DNA from: Klebsormidium nitens
Lineage: Eukaryota > Plantae > Klebsormidiophyceae
DNA: 64,000 bases
Direction of reading: 5' to 3'
NCBI GenBank assembly: GCA_000708835.1
Contig: DF237182.1
Coordinates: 62,001 to 126,000 of the forward strand
The notes beneath the pieces were generated by a model. The model had not been told where the DNA came from. It saw only the letters and a list, made by a program, of their open reading frames with translations, and searched no databases. Below are positions 48,601 to 60,146 of the stretch, one piece after another (within the stretch, counting starts at the first letter, position 1; each line of letters opens with the position of its first letter). The translations under genes and the position numbers were made by a program.

Positions 48601-51600
48601 CGATACCTGACGGACCTTTAGATAGGCTTCGCAAATTCACTGCTATTGAGAAAGCTTAGATCAGCATTGCATGGCACCTTTCCTCCGCATCATAGCCCCA
48701 CCCCCTGAAGCATACGTGGCAGCTTGGCAACAGCTCCTTCTCGCGTCTTTGTCGCTCGTCTAAAAGGTCGACCACCGTGTTTTCCGCCTAGGCACATTGC
48801 GTCCCGCCGCGACCCCCGCCCGGCCCTTGCAAGCTCGGGTCTAGTCCTACAGTTGCGGGATGCCCCGCATGGTCTAAGTTCCGCTCCGTTCGGGTTTCCG
48901 TTCACGGAGTCCGATGCCCGTCTGGTAAACCTGAAGCTGACCGGGCGGAATGACCGGAATCGGAGGGGGGAGCCGGTGGGCGAAGCGCAGGTGGTGATAG
49001 ACATGTCTACGCAGAGCCAGGTGAGGCGAGGGCTGTGGCGACCTGCGGCTGGACAAGCTCAGCTTCTGGTCGCCTTTTTTCATGCTTGCAGAGTGCTCGG
49101 ACTGACCAGAAAGGGAGCATAATGGTTGCAGGCAAAAGGCTTGTCGCCTCTCCGTCCCTATCACACCTTTGCACAGCCCATGATCGTCAGTGGTCCCAAT
49201 TTACTTGCCAGCTGGCAACTTTGCGATCTTCGTAGTCCCATTTTTTGCGGAATACTTGCTTCTTCCGTTATTCTCCTCTTCTCTCACCGCCTATTCCTTT
49301 GCTTAGTCCGACAGCTCCCTCGAACCTCCATCTTTTGATCACGTCACGATCCCGATCATGGGGTTTCGCTTTGCTTAGGTGGGCCTCGTCGTGAACGCCT
49401 CCCCGCTGCTCCTCGTTCGAAACGCGTCCGGCGTTTCGCTGGACGTCTTCAGCCGGTCCCAAGACCAGGGGCCGGACCCCGGAAGAGACGACTTCTTCAC
49501 CCTCGCGAATAACCGAGCAGCCGACGATCTGGCGTCCGCATTCCAACGAGCTGCGGACGGGACGTCGAAGGGACTGTCCGCAAGTGAGTGGTTCCGTGGT
49601 GGATCTTGAACGCTGTCAATCTGCGACGGGCAGTTGCTCAGATGGTCTTGATGAAAGGCTTCGGTCGAGAATACATCCTGAGTGCAGCGTAAGGGCCGAG
49701 CGTGCATAGGCCGAGCCGATTTCCATGCAGAGAACTAGCCAACAACGCATTAGCGTAATCGTGGTTTGGCAGTGGCCTTCGATCTGCTGACGACCTTTGC
49801 GATGCATGATTGTCTGGGAGAGCCTATTGGAGGGCCGTACTGGTTTCGGTTATTTGTCGGGAATCCCCTTCAGCTTAAAGCCGTACTTCCACGGAGCGAG
49901 CAGCTCTAGTCATCAAGACATTGTCGCCACCATGCCTGATGCCCGTTCTTGATGCACCCACTCGTGTTTCCAAGGCTGGCTCTTGCCCAAAATTGCCCAC
50001 ATCCGTCGAAGCATGCAAGCGCTGAACTATCAGCGCTTGATCATGCCGCAAATTGACACCGTCTGCTTTACTCCAGGCGACGCCTTTCTCTGCATCCGCC
50101 CCACCGGAGCCGTCGGCCCCAGCGGCTGGTCGGATGACATCATCCGGGCTCCGCAGACGGCTCTCCCGGCGTGGGCCGATCAGCTCGTAATGGGCGCGCG
50201 CTCCGTCATGAGCGAGATCCTGGGCCACCGGTTCGACCTCGCGGTGGCGACCGTGTCCTGCAAAGTTGGCCNNNNNNNNNNNNNNNNNNNNNNNNNNNNN
50301 NNNNNNNNNNNNNNNNNNNNNNNNNNNNNNNNNNNNNNNNNNNNNNNNNNNNNNNNNNNNNNNNNNNNNNNNNNNNNNNNNNNNNNNNNNNNNNNNNNNN
50401 NNNNNNNNNNNNNNNNNNNNNNNNNNNNNNNNNNNNNNNNNNNNNNNNNNNNNNNNNNNNNNNNNNNNNNNNNNGGCGGGATGCACTTCCTGGTGAAGAC
50501 GCTCTTGCGAAAGGTGCCACGCCGAGATACAGGCGCAGTAAACAATTGGGCCGACCAGAGGGAGATTGTTGTGCTGCCGACGATGCGGGTGCGCAACACG
50601 CTGCCAGAGGACGTGGCGGTGCGGCTGCACCAGTCACATGACGAGGCTGACGCGTGGCTGACGTCATTGGCGGGGAGGGCGAAGGGGGACAGGGGAGGCG
50701 GATTGGCGGAATTAAGCGGCGGGGCTTTGGAGGAGGGGGAGAGGGAGGATGTGGACAGGGAAGAGTCTGGCGCTTCGAATGGAGAAACTGGAAAGGACGG
50801 GGACGGAACGGTCGTTAAACCAGGGGCGGATGCCGAAGGAGTAGTGCCAAGAGATGGGGGAAACGAGGGGAGTCTGCAGAAGGCAGCCCATATGAATGGG
50901 GCAACGGATGCAAATATTGATCCTGGCGGTCTGTCTGATGCCGTAGACTCAGTAACCAGCAAACCGGTTGACTCTGAGACTTTCACCGGGAACGAAAAGC
51001 AAAATGAAAGCGAGTCTGGGGCACCTACGAAGGCCACGGGATCAGTTTCAAAAGTGAAGCCCATTTCAAAGGCGCCCACTAAGAAGTTCACGCTCTCCCA
51101 GACCGCCAGCTTCTTCCGGAGAGCTGCTCCGAGAAACCCGCTAGAGGGCGTCGACGGCTCGGTCGTGCCTGGGAGGGGCCAAGAGATCTGCCTCCACGGA
51201 AACCCGGCCAACGCGTTTCTGAGCGTGTACCACCCGGAACTGGGTGCCAGTCTAGAACCGGTGTCTCTGGCCGAAAGCGGGTTAGTTGACCTAACCGCAG
51301 CCCGTGAGTCGCTGTCAATAGCGGGGTGGGGGTCGTCGGGAAACAAGTCGGAGACCGATCTGGAGGTGCGGTTTGGAAAGGGCGACAACGACAAAAAGGG
51401 ACTGGTAGTGGTTCGAGTGGCGAGAGACGCGGACGGCGTTCTCAAGTTGACTCTCCACGTCAGGTGAGAGGGCTTCTCTCTCAACACTTCATGAGAGAAT
51501 TACATCTGCGGATCATGCTCTTTCTGGAGCTATATCACCAGAGTCTCCCAAAAATAATGTTGCCAGATGCGAGGAGAAAGAACCAATTGTTGAGTTGGCT

Positions 51601-54600
51601 GCGCTCTGCTTCTTCGGAGCCACATCTAGGAGCCACTCAGGGAGTTCTTTAGAAGCATTCTGCCAAACTTTACGCTTTGAACGAGCAACAAAGAACAGTC
51701 GTTTACATTACTCATCCCTATTGTCATCTAATCATTCCTTGGACAACTGGCCTTCGAATGCTCTGTTCGCTAACTCGCAGTCACAGCAACGCCTGCGTGT
51801 GTTGGATATGCATATCTTTCAACTCGGCACCCCTGCCTCGCAAACAAAATTGAAGGAAGGCCTCAAGTATACCAATAAGCAGAACGCGCAGGCCAAATGT
51901 ACGCTGATACTAAAGACTCTTGCCCCCCTTTCACCAGGTACTCCTTCCAGAATGACAGCGGCGCGGTTCTCGAGTGCGTCCCCTGTCCGCAGCCCAAAAA
52001 GAAGGGCCACTTCGGACGGCATAAGGGGCCCCCCGACGCCCCGGACTGGCCCCCCCGGGACCATCCGGACGCAGCATCGACGGCCCAGATTCGCCCAGGC
52101 ACCCTGGCGGCCTGGATGTGCGGCTCGGAAACGCTCCTGGTGCGAGAACCCCCCCGGAGCGGGAGCAGCCCCCCGAAAGCGACGTTTCTGGACATAAAGG
52201 CGCTAGCGGGCGCGCTGGAGATCGATTTGGTGGGGGAGCGAGAGGACGGAAAGAGGCGGCACCTGCAACTTGGCTTGGCAATCGTGACTCCAACGCTTGG
52301 TGAGCTGTCTGCCAGCAGAGCCGCTAAGCTGAGCCTAGAAAGCTGAAGAAAACGAGCGTTCGTGATTCGTCACGATGGATTTTCCCTCAATGGTCGACGT
52401 TCTTCAGGCCTTGTCGCTGTCAGCTTTTGTGGATCATGCCCACCTCTTATCGGGGACCAGCAAGCGAGATTGAGTCGGGGACCAGCAAGCGAGATTGAGG
52501 CCTATTGAAGTCTGTCTACATTAAGGTGGTTCTGCGCCTAAATGGGCTGGACACTCGCTCACCTATTCGTCAACTGTTAGACCGTGCCGCACTCTAAGTT
52601 TGGCCGGTCATCGGTTTACCTGCTGTTGGCTCAACACGTCTACCTAACCTGTGCACCACAAAATCTGCCCTCCACTTGCAGGCACAGCGGCTAGCGCAAT
52701 GGACCTCACCCGCATCATCCGCTTGCGGCCTCGCTACATCGTGCTCAACAGCGGGAGCAAGCCCATACTAGTTGCTCAGGACGGCTTCGAACGAGACCCA
52801 CAGTTCGTGAGGAAGCTTGCCCCGGGGGAAAGGGTCGCCATGCACGCGCAAGAACTGGTCACGGACGAGAACAACGAGGATGGCGACAGACGAAAAGGAC
52901 ACAGTGAACACAACGGTAAGTTTGCGCCAATAATGCGTTAATGTAATTAGCGCTAGGTAAATTGCGCTAATGTTATCTTGCGCTGCACATTGACAGTCTT
53001 AAGGAACTGCGACAGCGTTTGCGAATAACCCTTTTGGTGGAGAGTCGTGGGCGGGTTCTAGTTGTTACTAGCTAATTTAACCAGCGAAGTTGGAACGACT
53101 ACTTTCCTGAACCGCTTGTACCGGTTCTTGACAGGGGAAACTCACAACTCAGCCTAAAAACCAACCTGTACTCTCTCTCTTCAGGCCCCGTTGAGTCCCC
53201 CGGCCAATTACACCTTCGCGTCCGCCCGGAGGGATCCCCTCACGAGTGGTCGGGGCGCCTGTGCGCCGCTGCACTGGGCACCTTTTACCTCAAGTCCCGG
53301 CCGGGTCTGCAGCTGGGGGATCCCCCGGCAGGCGACCGAGCCCCGCTCCTGTGGCTGGCCGAGGTCGCCGACGACAGCCCCAGCCTGGTCGTCAGTATCC
53401 GCCCACAAACTACCGCAAGCGTTCCATACAAAATCGAGAATAACATGCAGCAGGGGATCATCTCGTTCTGTCAAAAGGTGAGACTGCACCTTGTTCACAG
53501 AAACTGCGCTTCTCAAGTGTCATTGGACTTGGGCCTCATCCTTGTTTGGCTGTGCTTCCAAGTATGTGCGTATTTTTTGAAGGCAAACGGCGAAGCACGT
53601 TCTCATGGTGAGAACAAGACATCCGTTAGAGCGATTTTTCTCCTCTGATTCAGAAGCAAAAACTGTCAACTGAGGCTTACCCTCCTGAGCATGTCTTCGT
53701 TGCTACATGGGGGCCGAGCGAATTACTTGGGCAAAAAAGTAAGACAGACCGCTCTGACACCCAAATGAACAAACGGAGTCCTCAAGTTTTAGCCTAAGTT
53801 TCGCTCGCAAAAGCAGCGCCCCTCTTATCCAACGACAAAGGCCAGAGACATTTGGATCTGATAAGCCAAACGATGACACGTGTCGGTCCTTCATTGGTGC
53901 AGGGCATGTCCGAAATGGAGTTGCTGGAGCCGGGGCAATCCGTGGAGTTTGTGTGGGACGACCTTGCTCAAGAGCGGCGGCTCGTGGTCGTGGTCGTCGG
54001 TGAGTGCTTCCACGTGACAAACTCTGCTTCGTTGGACGGAAAATGAGAGGCCGCTGATTTGCTCGCGAAGAGATTCTAGGAGGGTGTCGTGATACAGAAG
54101 CGGGTGGCTAAACGATGCTCCGAGGCGTTGTGGAAGTCGCAAGACCACAATGATAGGAAAGCTCAGAAGGGTTGCATATAAGCACGCCCGAGCTGCATCC
54201 GGCTCAGGGGAATTGCCGGTTTGATTGCAGGGAGGTGACTTCCTGGGACTCTCTTATTAATTGTGGCCTCAGAATGGACGCCAGACGTACTGACAGCGAA
54301 CCTGACTAAACATCCTTTCTATTTCGCATCTCAACCTGCTGACCTGTTTTTACAAGCCGTTTTGAACTCATCAGACCGCTCTCCGGTTTTCTTTCTGCAA
54401 GTACTCAGCTGCCTCGTAACAAGGTGGCGTGTCTGGACAGCAATTAGCAAGCTCCTCGTTTGATTCGTTTCTCAAGCCTTCTCTCACCCCCTTTTGCGAC
54501 TAGGACAACCTGGCAGTTAACCCGTTTCTTGACCTACGGTTTGCAGGCACCCAGCTGCGCGAGGAGGTGCGGTTGGACAAGCTGCGCGGCTGGACGGCAA

Positions 54601-57600
54601 TGCGCGCCCGCGGCGCCGCGCGCTCGAGCACCTTCTTCTCGCGCTTCCACGACAAGGTGGCCACGGCCGCGCTCAAGGCTATGGCAGGGGACGCGGCCGA
54701 GGGTGACGTCAGCTACCAGGTAGGCAAGATTACACGGGGCTGCGTTCGTTGAAATACTCAGCAATAGGCGGGGCTCATTTTTCTGTAAGGAATCACTAGC
54801 GGCAGGCGAGGCTGCAATTTCCTGTAAAAGTACTCCGTGGATCCTGTGGAGAAGCTTTTGCAACTGCTGGGCGCACATGCTTGGAGGACTTTTCGAAGCA
54901 CGGATGTCGAGTGTTAAGATAAAGCAAGGTCTTTGCGTGATAAGCCGATCTCTGACATTTTCGCCTTCAGCATAACTTTTGCAGAAGGTGAGCTCATTGC
55001 TGGTAATTCAAGCGACTGAAGCCAGACCTCGATGAACGCCCGTTAGCAAACGCTGTCCTTCTCCATCTCAGAACCGATATTGTCGTCGTCAAGAACCGCG
55101 ACGCTGCCGTTTAATCTTGTCTTTTCTCAGACTGCTTCTTTACTGCCTCCTCTAATATTCCCAAACCCCGGCGCAGGTCTCGGCCGACGGCCCCACTCGC
55201 GTGCTGCGCGTCAGCGACCAAACGGAGGAGACGTCAGCGCCCAAGGAGGATGACGTGGCGACCATGGAGGCTCGCGTCAGCCTGTCGTCACTTGGGTTCA
55301 CGCTCCTCGAAAACGTCCGACAGCGGAGGGAAAGAGACCGAGCACGGTTGCAAGTGGCGCAGACAGTGAACGAAGAGAGCTACAGCCCGCTGCTGTATTT
55401 GAGAGTGATTGGCGTCGAGGTGGATTACGTCAGCGGAGAGGAGAGCGTGTCAGCGGAGGTGAAGCTGCGGGTGAGTTGCGAGCCCCGGGGACGCACCACG
55501 TGCCCAAAAAGCGAGTGGCGGAGAGATTCAGGGGCGCTGCAGACTTCTCTCTAAAAGCGGGCAAGAATTGGTTCAGATTGGAGCGGCAGCGATCCGATTT
55601 TGGAAAAATACAAGGATGCATCTTCAACCATACTCAGCCCATCCGTCGCATCTCTTCAATGTCGACCATTGCCAGACCATTCCCACCCATCCTTTCTATC
55701 ATCCAGACTCCACATACTCTCCAGTGATTGTCATCAATGAAAATTTCCCCCAAGATGCTGCTTTTCTGACTGCTTTATGGGACGGAGTGGTCCAGGTTAA
55801 TCATCCTTCAAATCTGCAATCAATACTTTATTGGAAACTCTCGCTTTTCTGACCCTCGTTTCCTTCACCCGGTTTTCAGCGTGCGGACATCGACGTCCGG
55901 TGGGAGGGCGCCCGCAAGCCGGTGCTGCTGCGGCCGTACGCGGGCTTCGACGACGAAAAGGGCGACACGCTGATGCACCTCGCGGTCATCGGCTCCACCA
56001 AGACCACGAGCCCGCTGCACCTCACCTACTTTTCCTTCCTTCTCCAAGTAAGAAGAACTTACTATACCCTTCCCCCAAAGATGTGTCCCGATACATCTTG
56101 TGTCACTCCTTTATTTGGGCTGTTTGGCGAAAGTGCAACCTTGCGTAAGTCTTCTAACATCACGAGCCCGCTGCACGTCACCTACTGCCCCTTCCTTTTT
56201 GAGTGAAAAAGAGCCTCTTCACCTCCGACCAACGTTGCGTCCGTATGCATCTTGTATCGCCTCTCTGTTTGGGCTGTTCTGCAAAAGTGCAGCTCTGCGC
56301 GAGTTTTCAAAGATGCCGTGTCATCTCATTCGCTGAGTAGGGCAAGAAGCTGAATGGTCAAGAAAGGCTTCCAGAACTCCAGCAGATGAGAAAGACTAGA
56401 AGGGGTTGGAACGGGCCCTCCTCAATGGCTTTCCACGTGGCTACTTACAGTGGTTTCTGAAGAGGATCAGAAAGCTCAGCGCGCTCCGGAATCCCGGGTG
56501 CTGGACTATGTGCGTGTTGAAGTTTAAGAACACTTGAATATCCAGACTCCTAGCCCTATCCGTGCAGGCAATTGAGGTGAACGTGGACGAGGACACGCTG
56601 GTGAAGCTGGTCGCGTTTGCGCGCACGTCGCTGGCCCCGCCGGTGACCAAGGCCCCCAGCACGCTGGTCTACTTCGAGCGCTTTGAAGTGCACCCCATCA
56701 AGGTGAGGCCTCATATCAGGGCCGAAGGTAGCGTCAATGTTGCTGGACGAAGGCGCCGTCAAAACGTGCTCCTCCTTCATTGTCGCCGTCTGAGGAGAGT
56801 CAAATCAGACGGCAATTTCTCCACAGGGAGCGCGGGTCCGGGAGTCCCCTTGTTTGCTGCTTAATAAAACTCTCTCACATTCTTGCTGCTCTCAGACAGG
56901 GCAGGAGCTTTGATATTGAACAAGGCCAAACGGAAACGTTCAACCCATAAACAATGCTCTGCCAAGACCCGTAAGCAAACCTTCAAATAGGCATTCTCCG
57001 CCCCCAGACCCTGGGAAGGTGATTTCCTATTGAGCAACGCTGACACAGATGCAGTCTCTGTCAGAACAGGACACAAGCAACCGCTGAGCAAGACTCTATA
57101 TCCTCTCGTTAGAGTCTACTTGTTTCCGCAGAAAGTTTGCAACCCTTTGCTGCTCCAGATCTGAAGAGCTTTCTCCAAAGAAAGCGAAGAGCCACGGACG
57201 ACAGATGGCGAAGAGCTGAGAAAGCTCTTCGCTGAGAAAGCTCGTGCCGCTCCATGGCAGCACCGGCACGGAAGGGGACGTTGCAGCAAATGGCTCCGCC
57301 ACACACTAAAATCCCTATTGTAAGCCTGCGGAATATCGGTATAAGCATCTTATATCTTACCGCTGTGCGAATTCTTGCCGTCTTTCAGATTGTGGGCAGC
57401 TTCCTCCCGGGCAGCGCGGACACGGAGGGCGACTCGGCGCAGGAGGCGCTGCGCGGGATGCTGCACTCGGTGGTCCGGCTGCCGGCCGTGAAGAACCAGA
57501 AGGTGGAGCTCAACGGGGTGCTGCTCACGCACGCGCTGCTCACCTACAGCCAGCTGGCGACCAAGTGTGCCATCCACTACTACTGGTACGTCGCCGGAGA

Positions 57601-60146
57601 CTGGTGCTCGTGCCGCGATTTTGACCCTGGGAACCCCGCTTCTTCTTGCAGCTGACGGGGCATCTCCTGAGCTCAATCTGACGCCTCTCGCAGCTCCCTT
57701 CACTTCTATTCCCCCTCCTTTCGTTTTCCGTCAATTTAGAAAGTGGCCTGACGGTCAGAATGTCGACCCCGTCGCAACCACGCATAACGTCCCATGTGAT
57801 GCCGGACGCCTGATGTAACCTTCCCGTCATCTATTGTCTCGCCAGCTTCTTCCGACTCCCATGAATTGCGTACCCTCTTTTTACCCCCCGTTGACCATTA
57901 GCCCCCCCATAATTCTCCCGTCTCCCCACCCCAGGTACGCCATGCGCGCAATCTCGCTAGCGCGCGGCGCCGAGTTCCTCCCGCCCTCGTTCGTCTCCCT
58001 CTTCGATGACTCCGCCTCCGCTTCTCTCGACGTCTTCTTCGACCCAAAAGCCGGCGCCATCGACAAAACCGTGGGGATGTTCAACCTGCTCCGGAAAGAG
58101 GTCAAGAAGCGGGGCGGCTGGAGCCCGCTGACATCATGGGGCGCGGGCACGCGCATCCTGGGCGAGCAGGCGGCGGGGTGGGGAGTAAACGTCGCACGTG
58201 TGCTGCTGACGGAGGTGTCGGACAGCCTGCTCAAGGGGGCCGAGACGCAGGGCATGGACGGACTGGTAAGGTGTTTGGTGGGCGGTTTTGTACGTTTCCG
58301 CAGGCCCGATCAAAATGCTTGATGAGCTATTTTTGGTGAAAGGTGTCCAATACGGGTCACGAGACGCAGACGGCTTGTGAACGTAGTTATTAGAAAAAGC
58401 TCTTTTGCTCTTTAAGCCAAAGGCAATTGCAGCGTGCTCGGGATTGGAACGGTCTTCGACCCGGCTGGTGGATCTCTCAGAACTTGGCTCGATCCGAGAA
58501 TTACATCCTCCAACCCTCTTTTGCTAGAACGGATTTGGTCCATATCTACTACCTATGCTGACCACAAAGCTCACCAAAATCTCAGAGGGTTCTCCTGTGC
58601 CTTGTAGTGGAGCACCTTGAATCGCGGTTGTTGCTTCAACCGCTGCCGACTAGAAGTCCTCTCTTGCAACACTTTGCTGATACTCCTTGTGCAATGTAGC
58701 CATTTTCCAGCGCAGCGTCATGCATCGACCGCTGACGACCAGAAACCTTCTCTCCAACGCTCTGCTGATACTCCTTGTCTTTCACATTCCGCAGTGTAGC
58801 CAAGTTCTAGCGCCGCGTCATCCGTCGACCGCTGACGACCCCAACCTTTCTCTCCAACGCTCTGCTGAATCTTGTTTACCTTGTTCCGCCCTGCAGTGGC
58901 GGGGTTTCCAGCGCGGCGTGATGCACGCGGCGATGGCGGACCCTATGACGGTCCTCCAGGCGGCGCTCAAGGGCTCGGGGACCCACAAGATTCAGCTGGA
59001 CAAGAGCCTGGGGACGGACGAGGTAAGGCCTCGGGAGACTTCAACCGGGCACGTTGACCGTCTGGTTTTCAATGATGAATTTGACGAGCTTCGTAGTGTC
59101 TGTTTATTATTTCAGTCTCCCTGGAGAGCCACTCTACTCCCTTTGGCGAGATTGTATTGCTGGAGGTGCGTTCGCCAAAAAGATCGAGGTGGACGAGAGC
59201 CTGGGCACGGACAAGATCAGGCCCCGGGGGACTCCGATCGGACCATCCCGCCTTGATCTTTGATTATACTATTGGGGTTTTGACGAGCTTTGCACTATCC
59301 ATTCGTTGGTTCATTATAATGTACAACTGTTCTGAGAGAGTCCGGCAATTGCCTGTCAAGGGTGCGTCATCGAGCAGAGTAGTGCACGAAGAGCCATTCC
59401 GAGGTACGAAAACAGAGATTAAGATTTTTGCTCCGTCTTGCCTGATCAATTCTGTGGCGACTTGTTGGCTTCGCTTATATCCTCTTGTTTCTGTTTGTTA
59501 ATGTGGCGCACTTTGTCATCCCTCGCTCCCACATCTGCTCGAAAGCGAACCCCATCGCTTATCCCTCCTCCAGGCGTACATCGAGGGCTACCTGCAAGCC
59601 ATGCTGGACCGCACGTTCCGGCAGGACTACCTACGTGTCAAGCTCTCGAACGACCAGGTCATCCTCAAGAACCTCCCGCCCAACAGCCGGCTGACGTCAG
59701 AGATCATCGAGGAGACGCGCAACTTTTTGATCGGCGAGGGCCTGATCGAGGGCGACTCGCACGCGGCCGTCGCGCGGTCCCGCCGCTTCCGCGGCGAGGA
59801 CAATAGCTTATTGCCGATCGCGCGCGCGCTCGCGGAGGAGCTGGTGGTCGTCATCATCGTACACAAGCTGCACGTCCGCGCGTGCCAGCTGCTGCATCTG
59901 CGGACGTCCGAGAAGGAGAAACCGTTACCAATGGAAAAACCGTTGCCGTTGCCGGAGGAGCACAAACCGAAGAAGGAGGGCGGAGCGAACATCCGGAGTA
60001 TAGTGCGCAAGGGCGCGTTCCACCTCGCGCTTTCTAGCGCGCTCGCGTGGGTAGATGGGCGGCTTTGTAGGCGGATACCAAACCCATTCATGCGGAAAAT
60101 AGTGAGCGCGTTCATTCTCAGCTTCGTGACTGAGAGGCGCCTCTAG
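36661..60146 (+). CDS. VPS13X: VPS13X-like bridge lipid-transfer protein (about 4250 aa; 23 exons: 36661-36932, 37566-39507, 39970-41087, 41591-44599, 45045-45797, 46173-46321, 46736-47523, 47860-48198, 48723-49020, 49379-49583, 50077-51463, 51938-52299, 52682-52915, 53185-53477, 53903-53999, 54547-54719, 55177-55470, 55880-56047, 56568-56702, 57389-57585, 57935-58265, 58897-59022, 59574-60146)
   Basis: Chorein-N start (LLSGEVRLQNVRLN), VAB/SHR-BD-like segments (IIRLRPRYIVLN, PYKIENN, FVWDD, VSADGPTRVLRVSD) and a C-terminus (HYYWYAMRAI, FDDSASASLDVFFDP, YIEGYLQAMLD, DGRLCRRIPNP) typical of Arabidopsis At3g50380/VPS13X as I recall it. All junctions are GT-AG and phase-consistent. Confidence 0.9.
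38259..38709. other. Assembly gap (451 N) inside VPS13X exon 2, probably a missed overlap
   Basis: The 36 bp gggtgggcttctcggggcggcctggacggctgtttt occurs on both sides (38223-38258 and 38710-38745). Confidence 0.9.
50272..50474. other. Assembly gap (203 N) inside VPS13X exon 11
   Basis: N run; the reading frame is the same on both sides at the stated gap length; no flank overlap is visible. Confidence 0.95.
52450..52499. repeat. Perfect 25-bp tandem duplication in a VPS13X intron
   Basis: tcggggaccagcaagcgagattgag x2. Confidence 0.95.
56005..56315 (+). repeat. About 156-bp tandem duplication spanning a VPS13X exon end, donor and intron start
   Basis: cacgagcccgctgcac(c/g)tcacctact at 56005 and 56161; downstream catcttgt...tttgggctgtt..g..aaagtgca is shared by both copies. 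Confidence 0.9.
58600..58945 (+). repeat. 3-4 diverged tandem units of about 87-102 bp, each an intron 3' end plus VPS13X exon start
   Basis: Functional ctgcag|tggcggggtttccagcgcggcgtgatgca (58897); echoes ccgcag|tgtagccaagttctagcgccgcgtcatcc (58795), gtgcaa|tgtagccattttccagcgcagcgtcatgca (58695) and an older cttgtag|tggagc (58608). Confidence 0.85.
58984..59290 (+). repeat. About 192-bp tandem duplication of a VPS13X exon end, donor and intron start
   Basis: aagattcagctggacaagagcctggggacggacgag|gtaaggcc vs aagatcgaggtggacgagagcctgggcacggacaag|atcaggcc (59176-59223); ttgacgagctt is shared downstream. Confidence 0.88.

Noticed and set aside
55724-55797. AG...GT-bounded candidate extra VPS13X exon
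   Set aside because: It is 74 nt and phase-incompatible; direct splicing 55470-55880 already gives the expected sequence
16437-59290. Spaced direct repeats as CRISPR-like arrays
   Set aside because: They are diverged tandem duplications inside eukaryotic introns, without constant repeats or unique spacers, and there are no cas genes
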